Source: an uncultured Alphaproteobacteria bacterium (GTDB lineage: Bacteria > Pseudomonadota > Alphaproteobacteria > RF32 > CAG-239). Taken from it: a stretch of 64,000 bases of DNA. The position numbers and the translations under genes are program-made. The DNA lies in contig CALXRS010000004.1 in assembly GCA_944390915.1 (NCBI GenBank), forward strand, positions 269-64,268. Reading direction: 5' to 3'. Shown piece after piece: positions 1 through 8,204 of the stretch; positions within the stretch are counted from its first letter, which is position 1; each line of letters begins with the position of its first letter. A model generated the notes under the pieces. It was not told the origin of the DNA. It made no database searches and saw only the letters and a list, made by a program, of their open reading frames with translations.

Positions 1-2
1 AT

Positions 3-332
3 AATGTCGGCAAGAGCGCAAGTTATGACGACGCGCGGCAGATTGAGCTGGAAGCGGGCGTAAAACTCGCCAAGACGTTTATGACGGACGAAGGCTTTGC
101 CAATGTTTATGTCAAACCGAGTGTGGTGCAGACGATTGTCGACGGCGAGGATGTGAACATCACCGGCTTGGGCGATGTGGAAGCTCTGGACGACGCGACT
201 TTGGGACGAATTGAGATCGGCGGGCGTTATGGCTTCACGACGAATCTCTCGGCCTATGGTTGGGCAAACTATACGTTTGGTTCGGACTACGACGCCACCA
301 CCTTCGGCCTCGGCCTCAACTACGCGTTCTGA
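3..332 (+). CDS. C-terminal part of an outer-membrane beta-barrel (autotransporter-like) protein, 5' end outside the window
   Basis: Frame open from position 3; alternating amphipathic strands; ends ...FGLGLNYAF with the terminal Phe typical of BAM substrates. Confidence 0.75.
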   Translation, partial: NVGKSASYDDARQIELEAGVKLAKTFMTDEGFANVYVKPSVVQTIVDGEDVNITGLGDVEALDDATLGRIEIGGRYGFTTNLSAYGWANYTFGSDYDATTFGLGLNYAF

Positions 333-429
333 TAAAAAGAGGAAGGCGGCAAAGGCCGGCCGAAAACCGGCCACGCCGCAGCTCCTACGGCCTGAACCAT
401 GCGTTCTAATGAACGCCGATGCTACACAC

Positions 430-459
430 AAAGAAAGCCCCCGCTCGGGGGCTTTCTTT
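430..459. terminator. Bidirectional intrinsic terminator
   Basis: aaagaaagccccc-gctc-gggggctttcttt perfect hairpin between convergent genes. Confidence 0.8.
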
Positions 460-461
460 CA

Positions 462-508
462 CCCTCACCCGACGCCTACGCGTCCCCCTCTCCCCTCAAG
501 GGAGAGGG
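462..508. repeat. REP-like palindromic element
   Basis: ccctcacccg...ccctctcccctcaagggagaggg resembles CCCTCACCC/CCTCTCCC..GGGAGAGG extragenic palindromes of proteobacteria; core ctcaagggagagg recurs at ~567-579. Confidence 0.5.
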
Positions 509-694
509 AAAAAAGGGGTTGCGCACAGGGGAAGGGAAGGAAAAAAGGAGTGCGGCCGGCTGGACACTCAAGGGAGAGGAGAGAAATAGGGCGACAGACG
601 GGTAAGACAGAGAGACATTTGCAGAGGCGGACGATTGCGGGATAAAACCCTGTACCGTCCCGACAAAACCAAAGCTATTCAAGCGGCAAAACAG

Positions 695-2026
695 TCAGTT
701 TTTGTAATAACCTTTGCTTTTTTGAATGACATATTCGGCCGACAGCGGTTGGTTTTGCTTTTGGGTTTCAACAGAAGTTGTTTCTTTTTGCAATCCTCTG
801 TTTTGCCGCATGGTTTCAATATGCCGGCCTATTTCTTCACGGCTGAACTTTGACGGTTGCTTTTTGAGCCTGATTTCATTCAGCATCTCGCATAATTCGG
901 TATTTTTTGCTTCATCAACAATATCAAAAATCGATTGTCGGTTATTGTTTTTTATGTTCGGATCAATGGTATTTTGTTCCAACAAATAGGCGACAACTTT
1001 TGCATGTCCGGCTTTTGCCGCCAGCATTAAGACCGTGTTGCCGTTGTTGTCCCGGGCATTGAGGTCAATTTTTTTGGCAACGGAATGTTTTTTTCTCTCG
1101 GAAATTTGCGTTTCCGTGTTTTCTTTTGTTTTTGCGGCGTCAGGGTTTTCTTTTTGCCCGGCGTTTTGGTTGCTGTTTTCTTCCACGCAGTCTTCCGTTA
1201 AAAAGCGGATAAAGTCCAGATTGCCTTTTTCCGCCGCGTGCATCAGGGCGTTTTTGCCGGTTTTGTCGGTCAGGGTGATGTCTGCCTTAAATTCCACCAG
1301 CAATTTTGCCGCGTCCGTGCGGTTTTTGTCGGCCGCGTAGATAAGTGCCGTGCGGCCTTCTTTGTCTTGCAGGTTCGGATTTGCCTTGTGTTCGAGCAAA
1401 AATTTTGTCGCCATGGTGCAGCCGGCGTCAACAGCCGTCATCAGGGCGGTTTGACCGGCGGGATTTTGCAGATTGACGTCTGCCCCTTTTTCCAACAGAT
1501 ATTGCATGCATTGAGGATCGTCTTTGACGGCGGCCATCATCAGGCAGGATTGCCCGCTGTCGTTGAAGTCGTTGATTTTGCCGCCGTTTGCCAGAAAATC
1601 GCGAGCCGATTCCGGCGAAAGCGTATCGGGGGTAAGCGTTAAGGTGGGATGCGGGGCAATGTCGCCTTTTATGCCGCCGTCTACCGCATATTTTATAAGT
1701 TCCGGATGCTGTTTCAAAAATTGCGGCGTGAGAACGGAAGAATTTATAATGACGGAAATGTCCGCGCCGTTGGCCAAAAGATAGATAACCATGTCGCTTT
1801 GGCCTTTTTCGCAGGCAATCATCAGCGGGGTGCGGCCGTTGTTGTCGCGCGCGTTGATATCCGCCCCTTTGGCGACAAGTTCTTTGGCTTTTTCAAAATT
1901 CCCCTGTTCGCAAGCCAGAAGCAAAGCCGTTTTTCCGTCTTTGTTTTTGGCTTCCAGGCCTTTTTTTAGCAGTTCTTCCACTTCGGCTGCTTTGTTTTGT
2001 CCGGGGTGCGGGGTGTTGCTGTCCAT
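695..2026 (-). CDS. Ankyrin repeat protein
   Basis: Many G-x-T-A/P-L-x-x-A...GADVN motifs (GKTALLLAC, GRTPLMIAC, GQTALMTAV, GRTALIYAA, GNTVLMLAA). Confidence 0.95.
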   Translation of the reverse strand: MDSNTPHPGQNKAAEVEELLKKGLEAKNKDGKTALLLACEQGNFEKAKELVAKGADINARDNNGRTPLMIACEKGQSDMVIYLLANGADISVIINSSVLTPQFLKQHPELIKYAVDGGIKGDIAPHPTLTLTPDTLSPESARDFLANGGKINDFNDSGQSCLMMAAVKDDPQCMQYLLEKGADVNLQNPAGQTALMTAVDAGCTMATKFLLEHKANPNLQDKEGRTALIYAADKNRTDAAKLLVEFKADITLTDKTGKNALMHAAEKGNLDFIRFLTEDCVEENSNQNAGQKENPDAAKTKENTETQISERKKHSVAKKIDLNARDNNGNTVLMLAAKAGHAKVVAYLLEQNTIDPNIKNNNRQSIFDIVDEAKNTELCEMLNEIRLKKQPSKFSREEIGRHIETMRQNRGLQKETTSVETQKQNQPLSAEYVIQKSKGYYKN

Positions 2027-2107
2027 GTTTTTTCCCTGAAGGTTTGCTCGTTTATTTGTCTTATTTGTCTATAATAGCACAAACGGCTTGTTTTTCAACC
2101 TGTTTTT

Positions 2108-3010
2108 TTAATCGGTTACGCCGAAATTTCCGGTTACGAGAACCAGCAGAGCGACAAGAAATCCAAGCATGGAAAAACCTTCCTTAACGGATATGTTGTC
2201 GGGAATTTTGCCCAGTTTGTTAAAAGCAAAAACAAAGAGCGGAGCAATAAGCATAAGGGCGGTCACATAACCCGGGTTCGGCGCGCTGCGCAGAGCCAGA
2301 TTTTTGGCAACGGCGGTTACGGCGCCAAGCCAGATGATATATCCCCCGTATCTGACCACTCGGGGAGCAAAGGCACGGGCAAAAAATTCTCTGATATCCG
2401 GTTTGGTGCTGCGAACGTACCAGAAGGCGTTTATGCCGCCACTTACGGCAAGGGCTATGGTCAGATAGCCGGTTACGCCGCCGTATACGCTGCCGCCGGC
2501 GATGGCGGTTTCTTTGGTGGCAACGTTCATGCCGGCCAGAGCCAGCACGGCGGGGACAAGATAGTCGGCAAGTTTGCGGGAAGCGGGAGATTTTATCAGC
2601 CGCCAGTAGCAGAAAGTGAATCCGCATAAAAGCAGAAAAACGGTTATGAGCAAAGAACCGTCGGCGAACAGACGCAAAAATTCCCTCGGGGTTAAAAACC
2701 ACCAGAAAACGGTGGTGACAAGAGCCGCAAGCGACATTATCCGCGAGGTGGCGCCGGCGCCGTATTCGGCCGCGGCAAAAAACAGGCGGGAATCGTAAAC
2801 GGCAATGAGCATTCCCTGCAAAACAAGCAACAACCAAACATAAAAAGATGTCGGCCAGCCGAAAATCCAGAGCATGGGTGAGCAGCAGAGCGCAATGCCC
2901 CAGCCGCGCCACATGCCCAGCAGATAGCCGTTTAAGCGGCAGCGCTGGTTAAAAATCGTATATACGGCGGTAAAAAAACCGTAAATCAGTCCGTCGATAA
3001 TCCAAAGCAT
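2108..3010 (-). CDS. DMT/EamA-like multi-pass membrane protein
   Basis: 300 aa, ~10 hydrophobic segments in two halves; APNPGYV motif in second half. Confidence 0.6.
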   Translation of the reverse strand: MLWIIDGLIYGFFTAVYTIFNQRCRLNGYLLGMWRGWGIALCCSPMLWIFGWPTSFYVWLLLVLQGMLIAVYDSRLFFAAAEYGAGATSRIMSLAALVTTVFWWFLTPREFLRLFADGSLLITVFLLLCGFTFCYWRLIKSPASRKLADYLVPAVLALAGMNVATKETAIAGGSVYGGVTGYLTIALAVSGGINAFWYVRSTKPDIREFFARAFAPRVVRYGGYIIWLGAVTAVAKNLALRSAPNPGYVTALMLIAPLFVFAFNKLGKIPDNISVKEGFSMLGFLVALLVLVTGNFGVTD

Positions 3011-3051
3011 GTTTTTTTGCCTTTTTGCCTGTATATATGAGCGGAAAAGAC

Positions 3052-3090
3052 AAAAAAAAGAGGATGGATTTGTTTGCCTCCTCTTTTTTT
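3052..3090 (-). terminator. Intrinsic terminator
   Basis: aaaaaaaagagga...tcctcttttttt hairpin just after the 3098 stop. Confidence 0.6.
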
Positions 3091-3097
3091 GAAAAAT

Positions 3098-4300
3098 TTA
3101 TTTTCTGAGTTGTCTTCGGATGACCATGTCCGCGCTCATATCCATAAACGAGCAGAAATGACGCATGTTCTGTTTGGTGTCGGAATCTTTTGTGCCAAAC
3201 ATTTCGCGGCTTAAATCGGTCATGTCTTTTTCGAGCCGCCTGCTTAAAATATGTTTGAAACGCGGTCCGGCAAGGTTCCAGGCGTCTTCCAGCGTCATGT
3301 TTTTTTCCTGCAGCGTGTGGGTGAGGTCGGCCAGCTCTTTTTGGTAAATCCGTTCAAATGCCTTTCGGTAATCTTTCATCTCATAACCGTAGTCGGCGCA
3401 GATTTTTTCGTATCCTTCGCCAAAGACATAGGTGTTGATGATGATGTTGCGGGTCGGCCAGTCAAAATTGCGGTAGAAACGGCGGATGGACATTCTGCCG
3501 GTGCGGTACCAGATCATGCCGGCCATGGTTATTGCCAGCAAAATAACCACAAATTCGCCGGCAAGCAGTTTTTTTTGCGGGCGGCTTTCCGGATATACGC
3601 TGCGGTTGTGAAGGTTTATCGCATGCTGCAAAGGTATCAGCATGACGGGTTTGATAATCTGCAGCAGCATAAACAGATTAAAAAGCCGGAAGTTCATCTG
3701 CGTAATCATCAGTTGATGAACAATGACGGCACCGATCATAACGGCAATGTAAAGAATTGCGAAAACATCAAACAGAAGCGTTTTTTTCAGGCTTTCGGCA
3801 AAGCTTTTGTGCATCCGCCAGAACAGCGGAAAAACATATATGGGAGAAAAAACAAGCCCGCGGAAAAAGGGCACGATATGTTTTTCGCCGTTGGCGTTGC
3901 GGACGGCCTGCCAGTTTTTATAAGACAGGTAAATCGGGTAGATGTTGAAGCTGAAAACGGAGAAAGCAACCATCCTTAAACAGGAAACGGAAAAATAACA
4001 AACCGGTTGGGGAGCGCTTTGGTCGGCGGCGGCTTCCCGTTCCCGCCGCTGTTGTTCCAGCAGTTTTTTTGCCGTTAAGGCGCATATCAGGCGCACGATG
4101 AGAACGGCGCAAGCCAGACTTGCGGCAGGGGAGCAGCCCAATTTTTGCAAAAAGTAATAAAGCAGCGGGGTCAAAAGGAAAAAAATGAAAAAGAAGTCGC
4201 TTCGTATTCCTTTGTAAAAAAGATAGAAGGAATTAAAGACAAAGGCGGGCAGACAAAAAGCGCCGCCGATCCGTTTCATATTTTGTTTAAGAGAATCCAT
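3098..4300 (-). CDS. Hypothetical multi-pass membrane protein with soluble C-terminal domain
   Basis: Likely start MDSLKQ at 4300; several TM segments (DUF2628/DUF4234-like appearance) then a helical domain. Confidence 0.7.
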   Translation of the reverse strand: MDSLKQNMKRIGGAFCLPAFVFNSFYLFYKGIRSDFFFIFFLLTPLLYYFLQKLGCSPAASLACAVLIVRLICALTAKKLLEQQRREREAAADQSAPQPVCYFSVSCLRMVAFSVFSFNIYPIYLSYKNWQAVRNANGEKHIVPFFRGLVFSPIYVFPLFWRMHKSFAESLKKTLLFDVFAILYIAVMIGAVIVHQLMITQMNFRLFNLFMLLQIIKPVMLIPLQHAINLHNRSVYPESRPQKKLLAGEFVVILLAITMAGMIWYRTGRMSIRRFYRNFDWPTRNIIINTYVFGEGYEKICADYGYEMKDYRKAFERIYQKELADLTHTLQEKNMTLEDAWNLAGPRFKHILSRRLEKDMTDLSREMFGTKDSDTKQNMRHFCSFMDMSADMVIRRQLRK

Positions 4301-4363
4301 TTTCCTTTGGCCGACAATGTTATACCTTGTTTTATTTTTAAGAAATTTATTTGATTTGGCAAT

Positions 4364-4393
4364 AAAAAAAAGAGCCCGCAACGGCTCTTTTTT
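4364..4393 (-). terminator. Intrinsic terminator of trxA
   Basis: aaaaaaaagagcc-cgcaac-ggctctttttt. Confidence 0.7.
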
Positions 4394-4410
4394 GTTTTTT
4401 TCAGCCGGTT

Positions 4411-4725
4411 TTATTTGTTGGCTTCAATCCACGAAATAATCGCCGACTGCGGGTTGAGTCCGATTTTGGTGTCTATCTGCTGTCCGTCTTTGAACAAAAA
4501 CATGGTCGGAATGCTGCGAATGCCATAATTTGCCGCGGTATCCGGAGCTTCGTCCACATTCATCTTCACGATTTTGACCTGGTCGCCCATTGTTTTGCCG
4601 ACTTCTTCAAGAATCGGCCCGAGCTGACGGCAGGGACCGCACCATTCCGCCCAAAAATCCACCAAAACCAAGCCTTTGCTGTTTAACACTTCGCTTTCAA
4701 ACTGCGCATCGTTTATTGACTGCAT
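4411..4725 (-). CDS. trxA: Thioredoxin
   Basis: DFWAEWCGPC active site, YGIRSIPT; follows addA as in alphaproteobacteria. Confidence 0.97.
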   Translation of the reverse strand: MQSINDAQFESEVLNSKGLVLVDFWAEWCGPCRQLGPILEEVGKTMGDQVKIVKMNVDEAPDTAANYGIRSIPTMFLFKDGQQIDTKIGLNPQSAIISWIEANK

Positions 4726-4764
4726 AATTATTTCCTTTCTTGTTTGACTGTTGTCGTTTTTGTT

Positions 4765-4794
4765 TATATAGGTCTGATAACAGCTATATTAAAG
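4765..4794 (-). promoter_or_regulatory. Possible RpoH-type promoter for trxA
   Basis: Minus strand CTTTAA-N16-CCTATATA resembles the alphaproteobacterial sigma32 consensus. Confidence 0.4.
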
Positions 4795-4823
4795 GTTTAT
4801 AATATAAAAACAACCCCAAATTT

Positions 4824-7800
4824 TTATGTTCGGTTGACGGGCATGAGGGTTGCCGTATTGGTCCACAATATCAGCGGGACGATTTCCTTGTCCGGATAGA
4901 TTTGACCGAGCAGTTCGACATAGGCTGCCAGCTGGCGGCGGTATACGTCGGGGATTTGCTCCGGCGCGGCGGCGGCGGGACGGTTGGTTTTGAAATCGAC
5001 GATGACAACCCTGTTGTCTTCGACAATCAGCCGGTCTATTTGTCCCGAAATTATTTTGTCGCCGACACGTCCCATAACCGGAACCTCGGCTTGAGAGCGC
5101 GGTCCGAAGACGCTGCCGAATCTTTTATCCTGCAGTAGAGCCATAACTTCGCGGACAATTTCATTGCGTTCGGCGGCGGGCATTTCCGCGGCATTGGCCG
5201 CCAGATAGCGGGCGGCAATTTCTTCGCGGCATTTTGCTTCGGTTTGCGGCAGAAATTGCAGCAGTCGGTGGATGAGGGTTCCGCGTTTATACAGCCGGTT
5301 GTTTTTTTGCAGGCACAGAGGAGAAATAACCGGCGGTTCTTCCTCATCGGGTTTGGAGGGGGTCAGCGGACGGGAAAACGGTGTTTCGTCCGGGGCTTTG
5401 GCAAACATCCATCCGGCAGCCGTGAACGGTGTTTCCGTTTTTTTCGTTTTTTCTTCTTTTTCAAACGGTAAGAGCTGCGGGCAAACATAACGGAGGAAGT
5501 TTTTTTCTTCCCCTTTGTCCGCTATTTCCGCAAAGTTCGGAGCAAACAGATTGTACCAGCAGTCTGCGGAAGGTTCTCTGGATTTTTTGTAACCGCAGAC
5601 AATCAGGCGGTCTTCTGCCCTGGTGAGCGCCACATAAAGAAGCCGGCGATATTCTTCCAGCGATTTTTCTTTTTTGCTTTCGTTTAAGCGGTTGCAGGTT
5701 GTTTCAAAATCGGCGGCCGCCGTCGGAAAGAAAAACAGATCGTCGTTGTCCCAGAGAATCTCCGCCTGCCTTTTGCATTGGGGAACGCGGGTCGTGTCCG
5801 GCAAAATGACAATCGGCGCCTGCAGGCCTTTGGAACCGTGAACGGTCATCAACCGAACCAGATCGGCGCCGCCGGCCTCGGCCTCGCGTTTTATTTCCAC
5901 ATCGTCCTGTTCAAACCATTCGATAAAGTTTTGCAAAGAGGCGGTATGGTTTTGTTCAAAAGAAAGGGCTAAAATTAAAAATTCGTTCAGCCCGTCTTCC
6001 GCTTCGCCGCCCATTCTTTCGGCAAACAGGCGTCTTCCGCCGAAAACGTTCAGAACTTCCGAATACAGTTCAAACGGTCGGACATAGTCGGCCATATTCA
6101 ACAGATGTTTTAATATTTTTGCCGTTTCGGCATAATCTGAACACTGTTCAAGAACATGCCACAGGCTTGTTTTTCTTTCCGGGCAAAGCTTTATCAGATC
6201 ATCGTCGTCACGCCCGAACAACGGTGATTTCAAAACCTCGGCCAGACTCAAATCGTCTTCGGGCAAAAGCAGAAATTTGCCGAGACTGAGCAAATCCTTG
6301 ACGGCTATCTGGTCAAGCAGATGGATGCGGTCGATGCCTGCCACCTGTACGCCCGCTTTTTTGCATTCGCGGATAAATTCTTCGCAAAAGGCGTCGCGGC
6401 TGCGCACCAGAACGAGAAAATCACTGTAGCGGAGCGGTCGGTTTTGGGAAACGAGCATCTCTTTTCCGGCAACCATGGATTTTATCTTCCGGGCAATCTG
6501 TCTGGCCATCCGCAGGCTGGTTGTCGGCGCCGTTTCATGCTCTACCGGCGGCTGCCATTCGTCGACGTTTTCGCCCTTTTCCGGTTCCAGCAGCGGCCAC
6601 AGTTCCACAATGCCGCATTCTCCCTGACGGGAAGGAATATGCACGACGTTTTCGCCTTCGGAGGTTACCCCGTCGGCAACCGCGGGCACGGCAAAAAGAT
6701 GGTTGACGGCATCCAGCACCGCCGCCGTCGACCGGAAGGAAACCTGCATGTCTACTTCGCGGAAATTTTTGGTGCGGGAAGAAAAATAACGGCGCATATC
6801 GTCAAATTTGTCCGGATCGGCTCCCTGAAAGCTGTAAATGGACTGTTTGCGGTCGCCGACGGCAAAAACCGTCCGCCGTTTTTCGGCGTCGTCGAAAAAA
6901 TCTTCGCTGAGCGCACGGATAATTTCCCATTGGTCGGGAGAAGTGTCCTGCGCTTCGTCAATCAAAATGCTGTCTATGCCGCCGTCCAGTTTGTAAAGAA
7001 CCCAGCGGGCGGCATCGGGATCGGCCAACAGCCGGCGGGTCAGAAAAATCATGTCGCCGTAGTCCATCAGGGCGTGGCTGCGTTTGTAAAAATCGTATTT
7101 TTTTATCAGTTCGTCGGTCAGGATGTCAACCGCCCGCGTGGCCTGAAACACCCGCAGCGCTTTTATTTGTTCCATCAAAGCGACGAGCCGTTGCTTTTCC
7201 TGCGTAAAAATATCTTCAAGTTCCGGATTGGCCGTCAGAATTTTTTTGGCGGCAACCGTCGTGTATTCATCTCCGTTGCCGTCAAAAAAAGCGCCGATAT
7301 AGAGCCCGATGTTTTCTTCTTCCGGTTTTTCCAAAACCTGCGCCAGTTTTTCCGCGCGCTTGTCAAAACGGCTGCCGCTGTTGTTCCAGGCAGCAAGCAA
7401 AATCTTTAAGTCGGCAACCGGCAGCCGGGCGAAAAAGTCGCAAATGCAGTTTTGTTCGCTGTCGTCCGGGGAGACTTTCAGTTTTTTTGCCTGTTCCGTC
7501 ATCAGAGCGTTCGGCGTTTTGCCTTCTTCAAACAATCGGGTGATTTTGCCGCGGTTGTTGATTATATCGTCCATAACGTCGGGAAATTTGTCTTTGTTGA
7601 TGCGGGAAGCCAAAAAATTCAGCGCTTTTGCCGCCGGTGTTTCCGGATTGTCGTGTGCTTCGTCAATCAGGCGGGCTTTTATTTCTTCCATGGCCTCGCG
7701 TTCGCTGCGGCTATCCATCACTTCAAAATGGGGAGAAATGCCGGCTTCCAGCGGAAAGCGGCGGAGAACCTCCTGGCAGAAGCTGTGAATGGTTTGTATT

Positions 7801-8204
7801 TTTATGCCGCCCGGTGTGTCGAGCATCAGGGCAAACAGTTTACGGGCTCTGGTTTTCAGTTTTTCGACTTCTTCAAAATCCGTCGGCAGGCTGCCGAAAA
7901 GCTTTTTGAGTTCCTTTTCCAGCTTGTCGTCGTCGGCCACCGCCCATTGACTCAGTTTTTCGGAAACGCGGGAGTTCATCTCCACTGCGGCGGCTTTGGT
8001 ATAGGTCAGGCACAAAAGTTTGCCGGCGGCAATGCCCGCCAGCAGCAGCCGGAGCACCCGATCGGTCAACACTTTGGTTTTGCCCGTGCCGGCGGAAGCG
8101 CTGACCCAGATGGAATAAGCCGGATCGGCGGCGCGGCGTTGGCGGGCGCTGGCATCTTCTTTCAACTCTTCGCGGCGGCGGCGGATGTCGTCTTCAGTCG
8201 TCAT
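4824..8204 (-). CDS. addA: Double-strand break repair helicase AddA
   Basis: ASAGTGKT Walker A, ILIDEAQD, VGDRKQSIYSFQGA, LLYVALTRA, C-terminal nuclease GQIDRL...VDFKT. Confidence 0.97.
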   Translation of the reverse strand: MTTEDDIRRRREELKEDASARQRRAADPAYSIWVSASAGTGKTKVLTDRVLRLLLAGIAAGKLLCLTYTKAAAVEMNSRVSEKLSQWAVADDDKLEKELKKLFGSLPTDFEEVEKLKTRARKLFALMLDTPGGIKIQTIHSFCQEVLRRFPLEAGISPHFEVMDSRSEREAMEEIKARLIDEAHDNPETPAAKALNFLASRINKDKFPDVMDDIINNRGKITRLFEEGKTPNALMTEQAKKLKVSPDDSEQNCICDFFARLPVADLKILLAAWNNSGSRFDKRAEKLAQVLEKPEEENIGLYIGAFFDGNGDEYTTVAAKKILTANPELEDIFTQEKQRLVALMEQIKALRVFQATRAVDILTDELIKKYDFYKRSHALMDYGDMIFLTRRLLADPDAARWVLYKLDGGIDSILIDEAQDTSPDQWEIIRALSEDFFDDAEKRRTVFAVGDRKQSIYSFQGADPDKFDDMRRYFSSRTKNFREVDMQVSFRSTAAVLDAVNHLFAVPAVADGVTSEGENVVHIPSRQGECGIVELWPLLEPEKGENVDEWQPPVEHETAPTTSLRMARQIARKIKSMVAGKEMLVSQNRPLRYSDFLVLVRSRDAFCEEFIRECKKAGVQVAGIDRIHLLDQIAVKDLLSLGKFLLLPEDDLSLAEVLKSPLFGRDDDDLIKLCPERKTSLWHVLEQCSDYAETAKILKHLLNMADYVRPFELYSEVLNVFGGRRLFAERMGGEAEDGLNEFLILALSFEQNHTASLQNFIEWFEQDDVEIKREAEAGGADLVRLMTVHGSKGLQAPIVILPDTTRVPQCKRQAEILWDNDDLFFFPTAAADFETTCNRLNESKKEKSLEEYRRLLYVALTRAEDRLIVCGYKKSREPSADCWYNLFAPNFAEIADKGEEKNFLRYVCPQLLPFEKEEKTKKTETPFTAAGWMFAKAPDETPFSRPLTPSKPDEEEPPVISPLCLQKNNRLYKRGTLIHRLLQFLPQTEAKCREEIAARYLAANAAEMPAAERNEIVREVMALLQDKRFGSVFGPRSQAEVPVMGRVGDKIISGQIDRLIVEDNRVVIVDFKTNRPAAAAPEQIPDVYRRQLAAYVELLGQIYPDKEIVPLILWTNTATLMPVNRT

